Counted from the first letter of the stretch, positions 27,020 through 41,339 are shown. The stretch is 64,000 bases of DNA from Eledone cirrhosa (GCA_964016885.1 OZ024761.1:19344001-19408000); one strand, 5' to 3'. Numbers and translations are program-made. Notes: generated by a model not told the origin, from the letters alone.

Positions 27020-27290
27020 CCCCACCGCAAGGTGGTCGTGGAGGTGCCACGGCAAAAAAGCACCCAGCCCACACTGTAAAGTGGACGTGTAAGCGCCACG
27101 AAAAAGCACCCAGCACTCACTGTAAATGAGGTTGGTGTTAGGAAGAGCATCCAGCTGTAGAAATCAAGCCAAATCAGTTCCTGTATGAGCAAGGCATGGT
27201 CAGCCGACCAGACACTGCCCACAACAGGGCAACCCGTCTAACCCATGCTAGCGTGGAAGAACGGACGTAAAACGATGATGATGATGATGA
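27020..27290 (+). mobile_element. Non-autonomous bipartite RTE-derived element; relatives at ~3310-3530(+), 10955-11280(-), 16350-16515(+), 25130-25330(-), 34510-34650(+), 35760-35960(-), 36504-36760(-)
   Basis: 5' part (aaaagcacccag..ctgtaaagtgg..gttaggaagrgcatcca) matches the LINE 5' region near 32690-32760. 3' part (cccgtctaacccatgctagc..ggacgtaaaa(tga)n) matches the LINE 3' end near 30315-30370. Confidence 0.8.
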
Positions 27291-28283
27291 AAACAAGCAA
27301 CTTCCAAGTTATTTGATATGAGATACACACACAAATAAACTAAACCTTTCCAATATTATTATATTGAGAATGGATTGCTTGTATCTCTCTATTATAACAA
27401 ACGTTTTAATTTTAATCGTTTTGTTATATTTCTAATAAAACACTGCATACATTTTCCAATTAATTTTTGCAGAAAAAATAAAAGAAGACTATAAAATAAG
27501 TTTGTTAGTAAACTGTTGTTTGGAACATCTTTACAATGTATTCCGAGATAAAATTATGAAGGACAGTTTTAATTTGTATAGGAACATTTTAAAATTGCCA
27601 GTTTTATAACATAAAATTCGAAACAGTTTTGAGCAGGTTGGTATCAAAAGAAGTACGGGGCCATATTCCCTCCTACTAATACAGTGGTTACTTTTGTGGA
27701 CTCCACAATGGGCTTCATACACATCATGGAGTCTTCTGTGAAGCACTGTTTTATAGTCAGATGTGCTTTCTGGTTCTGACTCTTTTAAATCACTTCAAAA
27801 CATCATGACATAATACAGTCAGTGTTCAGTTGGAGGTCCATAGATTTGTTAGATGTTTAAACCAACGAAAAATTTCAATTTTTAGAACTGAAATGAAAAA
27901 CTTATCTGTCACTAATCTTAATCTATTTGTTTTCATTCAGAAGTTGCCCTCTCTGCCCTTTTGTCATTGATAAAGTATTACATTAAAAGATTACCTCTCT
28001 TTCGTTTCTGTGGCTCCCTCTGGTGGTGGAATGACATCTAAAGTTAGATAACCTATGTACTGTGTGTATGCATGACATGTATTGTATACACTCAAATATA
28101 AACCAAAGAATATGTGATAAAAAAAAAAACGGTGGTAAAAAGCGTGGTTGGCTTATATTCACCATCTAAAAAATGTGTTTATTAGCTGTCTTGGCTTGTA
28201 AACGGGGTTTGGATTTTTGCTCATTTCTCAGACATTAAATAAGGGGTTGGCTTATATTGGTGATTCCATTTCATTCCAAATGA

Positions 28284-28406
<123 letters not shown>

Positions 28407-30314
28407 TAAACTGATTTTTGCCTGTTATTTAAAAAAAAAAAATTGTTTTTGTTAAGGAGGGGAAAGCAATGCTTATAACCCACTTCAGGTTTTCTGAGAC
28501 TGTTGAGATGGAGGTAAGGGGGCCTCAAACTAGAAACCTGGTCCAGGTGTTTTTTTGGTAGGCAAGGAAAGGCTGTGCTTATGGCCCACTTCAGAGTTTC
28601 TGAGGCTTCTGGGATGGAAGAATGCCGTCCTCAAACTGGAAACCTGATCTAAATATTTACAATAGAGTGGACATTACTGAAGGCGCCACATCCAAGGGTA
28701 TGGAGTTAGTAGTAGGGGGGGGGGGGTGTTAAACTGAGCAGCATCTTAAGTCTAGCAAGAGGTCGGGATAGGGGACAGGACCAAACACACAGAACCTTTT
28801 ATTTATTTTATTTTTTTCAGGTCCTCTATTTTCCTGTACTTGCATTAATTAGGCAAGTTCTCACCAGGGCAGCTTAGATTACCTTTGGTTCTTAGCTTTG
28901 CCACCACCTTTGTTGGCGTCCTGAGAACAGCTTCCTTGTCAGTTGTCATCTCGTTTGTGAGGTTTATCATCTTGCATTTCTGCTGAGGGTCTTCCTATGT
29001 CTACCTCTACCACAGCTTCCTTTTATTTGGGACTCCTGATATTTCTTCACCCAACATTTATAATCCATACACACTTTATATCTAAAGTCTTGAGCCTGAA
29101 GACCCATCAGGTAGGTGCTCATCCTGGTTTCCATTTCATTGACTGAATACAAGACTCCTCTATGGACAGGATGCCAGTCCATTATAGAGTTAAACTCTCA
29201 GCTGGTACTCATTTCCAGCTGAGTATACTAGAGCAACACGAAATGTATGGATTATTTTAGCAAAATAATTTTATTATTTAACATGTGTTTGGAACATAAC
29301 TTAACGTTTTCTTGCATAAAATGATGTTGGAAGGTGTTTTGACACAAATAGAAACACTTTAGAATGTTTTGTAACATAGAACCAATAATGGTTCCTGGTA
29401 GTTTGGTATAAACTTTGGAATTAAAATTTTAAGAAAGAAAAATATTTTATATTCTCATTATTTTAAAATTTTACTCCACTATCTTTCCTGGTTGTTGTTC
29501 AGTTTTGACAAGGGAGACAACTGTGTTGTCTTCGATAAAAAATGGCTATTTTTATAAATTTCTGCTAAGTCATTGCCCTTGCTTTATCTATACATCTATG
29601 TAAGGTTTAGAGCTGTGTCTCACCAAAGGGGTTAATGGAACTACTGAAAAGAGTTGGTTGAATTTTGGGGCCTGAAATAAAATACATATTTCTGATATAT
29701 GAGGGTTGGCTGAAAAGTTCATAGGTTGATCAAGATACCTCATGGAATGACCAAATGAGATTTATTTTTCAACATATATACCAGGATTACTGGATATATG
29801 AACAATCATACAAACTTGGAGATTTGCATTTTGATTCGAGGTTTGCATAAGAGAAAGCCTATAGTTTGTTTATGTTGATGACTGATATGTGGAAGTGATT
29901 AAATATAAAAATGATATTTTAGTAATTTATTTCTAGGATATAATTACGTAAATGTTCAGCATATATGTACAAATGACACAAAAAGGTTTAAATGTATGGG
30001 TCACTTTGGAGAAATAACTATTTGCAGGGACAAATGTAAGGTTAGAACCCAGGACCTTGTGATTGGAAAGCAAACTTCTTGTTATAGTAATATGACTGAA
30101 ATAGGAAATGAATTGGGTGCATTTGTGCGGATACCTTCTTTAACCCTTTACCATTAAACTGGCTGTATCTGGCCAAAATTCTCTCGCCTCTTTCTATTCA
30201 AACTGGCCATAACTGACCTCTCATACTGATATTAATCCATGAGTATTTAAACCAGCCGTATCTGGCCAGAATTCTCTCACCACCTTCTGCTCAAACCAGC
30301 GGTAACCGCCCACT

Positions 30315-33290
30315 CATCATCATCATCATTTTACATCCGCTTTTCCCTGCTTGCAAGGGTTGGACGGGTCCTATTCAACACAGCATCTCTCCACTTGCCA
30401 TGGTCTTTCGTCATCTCCGTGAGTTTCAGTGATCTAAGGTCTGCTCTCACCACTTCCGCCCATGCTTTTTTTGTGGTCTACCTCTACTGCGTCTTCCTTC
30501 TACTAGGATTTCTTGGCACTTCTTTACCCAGCGGTCATCCGCCATGTGCATCACATGTCCATACCATCTCAGCCTTCTCTCCTGCACACCACAACTTATC
30601 CCTCTTATACCTAGTTTCTCTCTCAACTCGTCTATGCTTGGTTGTTCACGCACATTGACATTAAACATTCAACGGTGCATACTTGCTTCATTTCTCTCCA
30701 ACCGTCGCATATCCTCTGCAGTTGCTGCCCATGTCTCACTACCATGCAGCATCGCGCATCTCACACAGGTATCATATAACTCCTTTTGTAAGCAGGGAAA
30801 AAACCCTTCATTGTCAACAGAGGAAGCAGCTCCCTAAACTTCCAACCCGTCTTTATTCTAGATATTATGGCCTCGGAACACCCCCCCTCCTATGCTAATC
30901 TGATCACCTAGGTACCGGAAGCTATCAACCACTTCTATAGAACCCACCTGCATTGGAAAAATGTGTCTATCACTGCGATTACTACTGCCAAGTTTCCCTG
31001 TACATTTACTGTATACATAGTTTTCCCTACCAGTTAGTTTGTCTGCTATCCCACCACATCCTTTGTGTACCCAAGATCTGCATTGCGTACATTTTATGGA
31101 ATTTATGCCAGCTCCTTTCCTACATATTGAACATGGCCATTTCCCTAATGGAATCAGAGTATTGTCCTCTCCTATTTATCAACACTTTTGTCTTAGCTAT
31201 GTTCACTCTCAGTCCTCTTGATTCCAACTGCTGTTTCCATAGCCAGAATTTATTCTCTAGCTCCTCTACTGATTCTGCTATAAGAACCAGATCATCAGCA
31301 TAGAGAAGTTCCCATGGGCATCCAGTCTTAAACTCCTCTGTTATGGCTTGGAAGACTATAATGAACAAGAGCGGGTTGAGGACCAAACCCTGATGTACAC
31401 CTCCTTGTATCTGGAATTCCTCACTAAACTCCATTCCTACTCTCACTTTACCGACAGAACCCCTGTACATAGCTTGCACTGACCTCACGAACCATTCCTC
31501 TACACCTAGTTTCCTTAGGGACCACCAGATGGCAGATCGGGGTACCCTATCAAAGACCTTCTCTAGTTAGACAGCGAGACAGGCAGATGGTGTCAAATAC
31601 TAAGGCATACCCCGGAGAAGAATGTACCCCACAGCATAGGTTAGTCGTTAGTGACATCTCAGTAAGCAAGAGAAAGAATGAGACGTACAGGAAGGTGTGG
31701 AAAAGAAAGGTCTGGAAGCTAAAAGACCTTTCATTAAAATATAAATTTAGCAAAGCCCTTCAAGATGTGTATGATGAAAAAGAAGACGATTTAGAGTCAT
31801 ATGACATAGATGATAACTGGAATTTCTTGCATGACAATTTACTGCAGGCTACTGAAGAAACTTGTGGTTGGGGCAGAGCTTCAACCAGACAGAGAGTGAC
31901 CTGATGGTGGAACAGCATGGTATATTAAAATATAAATCTGGCTTATGTGCTCGCCTGATTTGTAGGTTATTAGGTGGTTGGTAGGCTTCTGGAAGTTAGT
32001 GTTGCAAATGGTTAGTGCATTTGCATCACAAAATTCAAGAAGCTTCACTCCTTCTTCATTTCTTGAGCTGTAACCGTGCCCACCATGTACCCCAGTGTAT
32101 CCATCCTGGAGCTGTCCAACATGTCCATTGAAGTCCCCTGCTAGCATAACAATGTCTCTGTCCTCTGTCCTTGAGGCTGTTTGTAAAAGTTGCTCGTAAA
32201 AGCCGTCTTTTTCTTCTTTACCTAGGCCTGCCTGAGGAACATAGGCAGAGATGATTGTCAGTAGTCTCTTGCCTACAACTAACTTAAGCTTAATTATTCT
32301 ATTACTAACTCTAACTAACTCTATCGTCTTATTGATCCAGTAATATGCCCACCCCACCTAACCCATCATCATTACCCACCCAGAAAAGCTTATAACTACG
32401 ATGTTTGCCTGCGATTAGTCTTGCAGAGGCACCTCTCCATCTCACCTCTTGCACACATCCACATGTCTTCTCTCCAGCATCTCCACTATCTCACCAGATC
32501 TGCCTGTTAGTGCCAATATTAAGTTGGAAACTCTGAGATGCGACGTCTCGTTCTTTTTCCTGTTGTGCGATTGCTTGATGACGGTCGTGGGGTTCTCGCA
32601 CATGACCACACCAGCCACCCCACTACCGTGCGCAGCCCTAATATGGCTACTGTTATTGCTGTTTACACAGCAGTAGTATATATACTGGTTGGATGCCCTT
32701 CCTAACACCAGCACCACTTTACAGCATGGACTGGGTGCTTTTATTCGTGCCACCAGCACTAGCGAGGTTGTCTCACTGGACTCGGGGACCCTATCCACCC
32801 CTCCATTTTACAGCATGGACTAGGTGCTTTTATTCATACCAGCAGCACTAGAGAGGTCATCTTACTGGACTCGGGCCCTACCCGTCCCTCCATTTTACAG
32901 TATGGACTGGATGTTTTTATTCGTGCCACCAGCACTAGAGGTCATCTTACTGGACTCAGGGGCCCTACCCGCCCCTCCATTTTACAGTATGGACTGGATG
33001 TTTTTATTTGTGCCACCAGCACTAGGGAAGTTGTCTTACTGGACTTAGGGGACTTCTCTACCCCGCACCAATTTATTCGGAGTGATGGCTCTCCTACACC
33101 CCTTGTCTGCTCGATAGGAGTAGGAAGCTGTCATTCCCTGACGTTATCTCTAGGGATACGGGCATCAGTAGACAGGACCTGGGGGCGGCGATGGGGGACA
33201 GGGAATTCTGGGGCATGAGAGTGAGATCCATCATCTCGACAGTAGTCGATGAATGATGAGTGATGATATTCATATATCATATGTTATGGT
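30315..33290 (-). mobile_element. RTE-clade LINE, degenerate, with internal inversion and deletion; (ATG)n 3' tail
   Basis: Minus strand: APE endonuclease (ISAYVPQ, AGDFNGHVG; 31935-32520), RT (LEKVFDRVP, GVHQG, LLYADD; 31120-31570), C-terminal RRLRWYGHV..GRRSRGRP (30447-30668), tail seen as (CAT)n at 30315-30329. Frameshifts and stops are present. Confidence 0.93.
32715..33065 (-). repeat. About four tandem copies of a ~88-bp unit in the RTE 5' region
   Basis: Recurring ttttacagyatggactgg..gtgccaccagcactag..actggactc..ccctacc..cctcca. Confidence 0.85.
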
Positions 33291-34129
33291 AGTGATGTTA
33301 AGGTATTGTTCTCAAAATAAATATCAAAATCTCATTGATTCAATATTATGTAAGGTAAAGCTCTTACCATGAAAATATAATAGTAAATATAGAGTAATTT
33401 AAATGTTATAGGGTTATGGTATTATTCTCAAAATAACATCAAAACTCTCATAGATTCGATATTATGTGAGATAATTATGTAAGATAAAGCCTTTACCACA
33501 AAAATACAATAGTAAATATAGCGTAATGTAAATGCTAACAGGTTAAAGTAGTTGGTGATAGAAAGAGCATCTTACCATAGAAAACCTGCCAAACAAAGGG
33601 TTGGGAAGATTCTTCAGTTATGTCAAGGACATGGAAACTTCCCTAGTGTTAGTGACCTATATGATAAAATGCTCTTGGTTAAGCCCTGGGGGTCAATAGC
33701 TTCACTCAAATACTGGCCAGTTTGTAATGATATGTTCAGCCCTTAATAGCAGTGGAAATGAATCTTAAACGGCAATGATGTACACCTTTTCCCTGTGTGT
33801 CCTAAGAGGTGACAAAAACGGTCAGTGTAAAGAAATGCATCTTACTATAAAACATTGTCTCAAACCATCCAGTCCAGCCCATACCAACATTGGAAAGTGG
33901 ACATAATGATGATGATGATGGTGGTAAAATGTAATTTCATATCTTATGCAAATAAGGACTTCTGACCCCAACAACTACTCTGTCCACAATTGGTATTGGA
34001 GGTGTGTGTGGGATGGGAGATGGTGTTTAGTCAAGTTTGAAACCATGCTACATTCCATGTATGTACCATTGCAGTCTGCTCTCTTGCACAATATATCTGA
34101 TTTGTCTTCTACCCAGTTTATTTTCCACT

Positions 34130-34335
34130 TTAACCCTTTAGCATTTCCATTACCCTATATTTACCATTGTATTTTCACAGTAAACACTTTATTTCACATA
34201 ATATTGAATCTATGTGCTTTTGATGTTATTTATTTTGAGAACAATACTTTAGCATAAATATGAGCAGCTGGTTTGAACAGAAAGAGGTGAAAGAATTCTG
34301 ACCGGATATGGCCGGTTTAAATGCTAAAGGGTTAA
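34130..34335 (-). mobile_element. piggyBac-type MITE family 1, reverse orientation
   Basis: Intact TTAA TSDs; interior is the reverse complement of the 52401 copy. Confidence 0.9.
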
Positions 34336-36054
34336 TCTGTGTTCCACCGTTCATGGCTGTACACAGATATTACATATCGAGCAGGGCATGCTTGTCTCTT
34401 TTGCCCATGCTCTGTACTCACCACTAATTAGGTTGCTTAAAGAAGCAGAAGTTATCAACGCAACAACTTCTGAGCATTTGAAAGAATTTTACTTTGCAGA
34501 TGCTCTTGCTTGTGTGGTTGGCATGAGGAAGGGCATCCAACTGCAGTAACCAAGCCAAAATACAGATCTGTAAAAGTATGATAGTCTCTGGACCTGACTT
34601 GTCTCATAACAACATGACAACCCATCTAATCGTGGAAAATAGATGTTAAAACTATGCCTAAAAGGGTTGAAAGGACCCTTTAATTGTTTCAAAGACACCA
34701 CAACCTCTCTAGTGTTGGTGATTTACATGATAAATGCACCCAGTATACACTGTAGTGGTTGGCGATAGGAAGAGCATCCTTGCCAAACAAAGAGTTGGGA
34801 GGACCTTTCGTTTGTGTCAAGGACATTACAGCCTCCTTATTGCTGGTGATCTACACAATAAAAGCACCCAGTACATGCTGTAAAGTGACTGGTGTTTAGG
34901 ACATCCAACCATAGAAAGCCTGCCGAACAAAGGGTTAGGAAGACCTCTACTTTTGTGTCAAAAGACACAATAACTTCTTCTCTACACCCGATGGCGGAAC
35001 ATAAGTGGAATGTAGACCCCTCAGGCTGCCTGGGGTGTCAGTAACCCCATTTCAGTACTGGCTTGGTTTATGTAGACCCATTCAACCTTTACTAGCAGGG
35101 AAAGCAGACCTTTGGGATGTCAGTAGCCCCGTTTCAGTTCTGACGTGGGTCTATCTAGACCTATTCAACCCAGGGAAAGCGGACCTTAAATTATGATGAT
35201 GGTCTTACTATAAACTCCTGTGCATCTGCTTCATACATCTTTGTTAGCTAGTATGTGATACCGTTGCATCTCATGCGTACCCTATGTATTATATGGGGTA
35301 CATGATATGAGATTCCTGCCAACTTATCTCATGCGTGCCCCATATATTATATGGGGTACACAGTATGGGATTTCTACCTACTTATTTCTGCATATTGAGC
35401 ATAACCATATTCTTCTTGTCCTTGTTCAATGGGACTGGGGTCATCATCGTGCGTAGAACCTACCAAGTCCACCAGTGCCCTCCATTGCTGGTGGTCCGCC
35501 AGCCTCTTTGCATTCTTGAAGGTGGTATTGAGCCTCTGGAAATCTTCCTCAACATTTTAGCATTTAAACTGGCCATATCCGGCCTGAATTCTCTCAACCT
35601 TTTTCTGTTCAAACCGGCTGTAACTGACTGCTCATACTGATGTTAAGGTATTGTTCTCAAAATAAATAATATCAAAATCTTATAGATTTGATATTATTTG
35701 AGATAATTATGTAAGATAAAGCCTTTATCATGAAAAAATAATAGTAAATATAGAGTAATCATCATCATCATCATCATCATTTTACGTCCGCTTTTCCCTG
35801 CTTGCAAGGGTGGAACTGGTTCTGGCTTGATTTCTAACACCAACCTCATTTACAGTGAGTGCTGGGTGCTTTTTTTTCCTTGGCGCCTACACAACCACTT
35901 TACAGTGTGGGCTGGGTGCTTTTTGCTGTGGCACCTCCATGACCACTTTGCAGTGGAATGATAGGGACCCCAGTCCCTAGAATCTCATTTCTACAGCTGA
36001 GTAAACTGGAGCAATGTGAAATAAAGTAAGTAAATGTTAAAGGGTTAATCACAT

Positions 36055-36480
36055 CCAATCATCTAGTGTAAGGCCTGCCATGGCGCTTCTTCCAGCCTGT
36101 AGCTGCTGCATCAAATGAGAGTAAGGCCCTGGTAGGATGATCTGGCAGGAGGTGGAGGGCATGTCTGAACCAGCGCATGCAACAAATGGCTATGAGGCAG
36201 GAGGTGTGCACTGATGCGTGTGCACATACAACTCTTTGTTGGAAATGTGGTGGTACCATCTTATGTGACCATATTCCAGGTAGTAATAGTGTTGTCTCAT
36301 CTCCAGTTAAAACTTTTGCTTTTGACTTTAGACTTTGCTTCCACATTAGGAATTTCTTTTATATCTTTGAATAGATTCAGGTAAGGGAACTAGGTAATTG
36401 GCAGCTTCCACAAACAGTCGGTCTTAAACTGCTCCATTATGGCCAAGACAACTGTAATAAACAGATGAGGGGTGACTGAG
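36055..36480 (-). mobile_element. RTE-type LINE 3' fragment
   Basis: Minus-strand ORF MRWFRHALHLLPDHPTRALL..GWKKRHGRPYTR resembles the RTE C-terminus. Confidence 0.7.
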
Positions 36481-36944
36481 ATCCGAACCCCAATAGACAC
36501 CTATCATCATCATCATTTAACGTCTATTTTCCACCTTTGCATGATTTAGATGGGTGTTCATGGTCATATGGATCTGTATTTTGACTTGGTTTCTAAGGCC
36601 GAATGCCCTTCTTAGCACCAATTATGTTACAGGGTGGATTGTGTGCTTTTTGTGATGTCACCAAAATGACCACTTAACATGTTGGACTGGGCACTATTTG
36701 TCATGTCACCAGCTCAACCACCTTACGGGGTGGACTGGGTACTTTTGTTGCTGTTGCACTGGATCAGCATAGAGGGTGGACCTAGATCATCGGAACTCAT
36801 TGCTGACTCACATCATGGTTAAGGCATCTATCTATGTAGAGGGTTTGCACTGTTATCACAAGATTCCCATTTATGCCTGGTTTTCTTAGTGGCCAACAAA
36901 CTACAGAGCATGGTATCTTGTGAATGGCTTTCTCCATGTTAACA

Positions 36945-37170
36945 AATGTGTTAGACATGTTTTGGGCATCATGAAAAGGGTTAGATAGGTTGTGCGTGTT
37001 ATGAAAGGGGTTAGACAAGCTGTGGGTGTCGTGAAAGGAGTTTTACAGGTTGTGTGTGTCGTGAAAGGGGTTAGGCAAGCTGTGGGTGTCAAAAGGGGTA
37101 GGACAAATTGTAGGTGTCGTGAAAGAGGTTAACAGGTTGAAAGGTGTAGGACAAGTTGTGGGTGTTGTGA
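36945..37170. repeat. ~30-bp minisatellite (gggttagacaagctgtgggtgtcgtgaaag-like)
   Basis: About seven degenerate tandem units. Confidence 0.85.
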
Positions 37171-37744
37171 GGGTTTTAGCAACTTGGATATGGCATGAAT
37201 GCAGTTAAACAAGTTGGGAATATCATAAAAGGTGTTAGACAACTTTTGAATACATTATATTGAGTTTTAAATACTTTCTATTGAGTAGAGAAAGAAAAAA
37301 ACTATAACATGTGTATGTGTGTTGGTGATTTGTGCTGAATGTACAGCGTTGAAATGAAATGAGTTGTTTGTTGTTAAGAAAAGAAAAGAGAAACACTTTT
37401 AAATTCACCGAACCAAATCCAGACAATAGTTGTCACAGGCCAACTAAACTTAACCTAGTATTTACTTGTCTTTAACCATTCAGAAAATTGTATTTGGGTG
37501 TCTTCTAAATCCGCCTTCATTCAGATAGTAGTAACTTTATTGGAAACTTATTTTTAAGCCTTTTCATACGAATCCTGTTGAGATCATGACAAATTTTATT
37601 ATACTAAACTGTTCACTTTAATGAATTTTATTTAAATTTAAACCCCTTCTCAAGAATTATATCTAAGAACTTTGTGTTGAGTTATGTTCCAAACGGCAGC
37701 TTAATAATAAAGAGTTATTTTATTTAACCCTTTTTAAATTCCTG

Positions 37745-38062
37745 ATATTGGCAGAGTTGTTAGAATGCTTTCTAGTATTTATTTCGGCTTTCTACTCTCT
37801 GAGTTTATCCTGCTGAGATCAATTTTGCTTTTTATCCTTTTAAGGTCGATAAAAAAAATGTTTAAAAGTACCAGTCCAGTATTGGGGTCAATTCTTTCTC
37901 TGTGTCTCTTTCTCACTTCCTCACTTCTCTTTCTCTCACTCTCTATCCTTCTCGGGAAGAAATATGCTGTGTTCAGACCTGGAGAGGAGATGGGCTCTGC
38001 CAGGATTATAATGACCAAGAAATAATGTATGGTGCCCCTACGACTCCAAGAGTTACAGGACC
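37745..38062 (+). mobile_element. SINE family A variant with a different 3' tail (gaagaaat.tgctgtgttcagacctggagaggagatgggctc..gcccctacgactcc); copies at ~15470-15775(-), 38950-39270(+), 53755-53955(-), 55695-56010(-)
   Basis: Same head and core as family A, followed by a CT-rich linker and a shared tail. Confidence 0.75.
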
Positions 38063-38478
38063 ATACTATACCAAATTCCTGATTATTTGAAAGATTAATT
38101 GGAACATTTAGGGCATTCTATTTTGTTAGAAATATGGTCACGAATGGGTTAAATTCATTCAGACAAACAGTTTGGCTTTGTTTAGAGTACAAGTGGAGTT
38201 AAAGACCATGTTACACACTAAAGGAGTCTCAAATGCTGAAATACAGTGTTCTTACACAGCTAGTGAGATAGCTGTGATCATATCACAATTTTAAAATGCT
38301 CAGTGAGACTGAATGTATGTTTATTATACATAAGCATATTGTTTATAATCACCTTCTGAGCCATGTTGTGTTGGGTACGAGAGGAACTAGATGTAAGGTG
38401 CCAGAAAGTAGAACTGGAGCAATGCGAAACAAAGTGTCTTGCTCAAGGGAACAACACATCACCCGGTCTGAGAATTGA

Positions 38479-38932
<454 letters not shown>

Positions 38933-39888
38933 TGTTTGTTTATTTAAAAGGTGGTGGATTGTCAGTGTTGTTAGAACATCTGATAGAATTTTTGTGGTAT
39001 TTGTTCCAGCTGTCTGAGTTCAAATCCTGCCGAATTCAACATTGCCTTTTATACATTTTGTGGCCAATGAAAAAAGCGTACCAGTTCAGTATTGGGGTTG
39101 ATTCTCTCTCTCTCTATATATATATATATTTCTCACTTCCTCTCTGGAAGAAATCGGCTGTGTTCAAACCTGGAGAGGAGATGAGTTCTGCCAGGTTTTT
39201 AAAAATGCCCAAGAAACGCAGTTTGTCACTACTGCACCCCTACGACTCTATCAGGAGCTATGGGTTAAAGAGGAGAGGTGAATTGGCAGATTTGGTAGTG
39301 TATTCTATAAAATGACATTGATATTTGTTATGGTTCTTTGCATTCTGAGTTCAAATCCTGCCGAAGTCATCTTAGCTTTTTCACCTTCCAGGGCCAATAA
39401 AATAAAATAGAAGTTAAGCACTGGGGTTGATATACCATGTTTGCACCCCACCCCCCCACCCCCCCAAAAAAAAACCCCATAAAATTCTCCCCTGTATATA
39501 TTACGCCCGAACAGAGCATGAGTGTTCTCAAATTAGATAATATCAAAATCTCAGATTCGATATTATGTAAGGTAAAGTCTTTACCTTGAAAATATGATAG
39601 TAAATATAGAGTAATGTAAATGACAAAGGGTTAAGAGCAGTGGGTTGGCAGTTTCAGTAGGGCACCAGTGTTTAATTACGACTTTCTACATTTTGAGGTC
39701 AACTTAGCCTGTCGTCATCTTTCCCGGGTCAATGTCAACTTAATTTAATCAACTTTGCCTTTTCCCAAATTTGCTGGCCTTCTGTCTAAATTAGAAATCG
39801 AATTCTGCTCACCCCCGTTATATTACTATTTCTAACGTTGTTGTTCCCTTTTTGCAGTACTGTTGTCAATCTGTTCCCTGTTGTGTGA

Positions 39889-40131
<243 letters not shown>

Positions 40132-40613
40132 CATTTATAAACTTCGCTTTTTAGGGATCTAAAACAAAACAAAACACAACAACACAAAACAAAACAAAAT
40201 AAAATAAACAAAATTTAAAAAAAAAAATTTAATGGTTAAAAAAAAAAAGGAAAAAAATTTGAAAAATCGTGCAACATTGATAATGAGCCAAAGGAGGCAT
40301 GAATGCTTTCAGAACCTAACTTGTTTGACAGCGGAGATACGCGCAGGGTTGGGCAGGGTGGCATTTCAACACACAAATCTTATATATTTCTCAAACATGC
40401 CTCACTCGGAAAAAAAAAAAAAAAGGAAAAAAAAAGAAAGAAAGAAAGAAAGAACAACAGCAACAATAACAACAGCAACAAACCTAAGCTATACTAAACA
40501 ATAACCTCACCCCTCCTATCCTTCTCCAACAAAACAAACAAACAACAATAATAACAAAAACTATACAATTTTTGTAAAGTAGAATGAATAGCCATGTCTA
40601 AGGTTTCTTTGAC

Positions 40614-40652
<39 letters not shown>

Positions 40653-40904
40653 TAATAATAATAATTATAAAATAATGTTAAGAAAAACTGTGTAGCGCCT
40701 TGGTGTCTTTGAAAAAAGGGTGGTGGCATGGTTTCTTGAGATATCATGGGGGCAGATGGGGGGTTGGTGAAAAAATTTTGGTCAGCAGTTTCCCTCCTCC
40801 TCCCCTTCTTCTTCCTCCTCCTCCTCCCCCTCCTTGGCTCTGAGTATTGTTATCACGGATGTCTCATGGCTACCATGATTAAGAATGTAGTGCACTGTTG
40901 ATGG

Positions 40905-40970
<66 letters not shown>

Positions 40971-40998
40971 ATCTAATATATATGTCTGTCTATCTTTA

Positions 40999-41045
<47 letters not shown>

Positions 41046-41109
41046 TACACATATATATATATATACATACATACATACACACATATATATCTATATATAT
41101 CTATATATC

Positions 41110-41148
<39 letters not shown>

Positions 41149-41276
41149 GTGTGTATATGTCTCTGACTTTTCAATTCTCATCTTGGTAAAGAATATATAC
41201 ACACACACATATACATATATATACATTTATATGGATGCATATATACATCTGTGTCTGTATATGTGTACATGTATAC

Positions 41277-41320
<44 letters not shown>

Positions 41321-41339
41321 ATGTATATATATATGTATG

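Noticed and set aside
31120-32357. RT and endonuclease ORFs as a functional or domesticated gene
   Set aside because: Multiple frameshifts, an inversion and loss of the RT N-terminus indicate a dead LINE copy.
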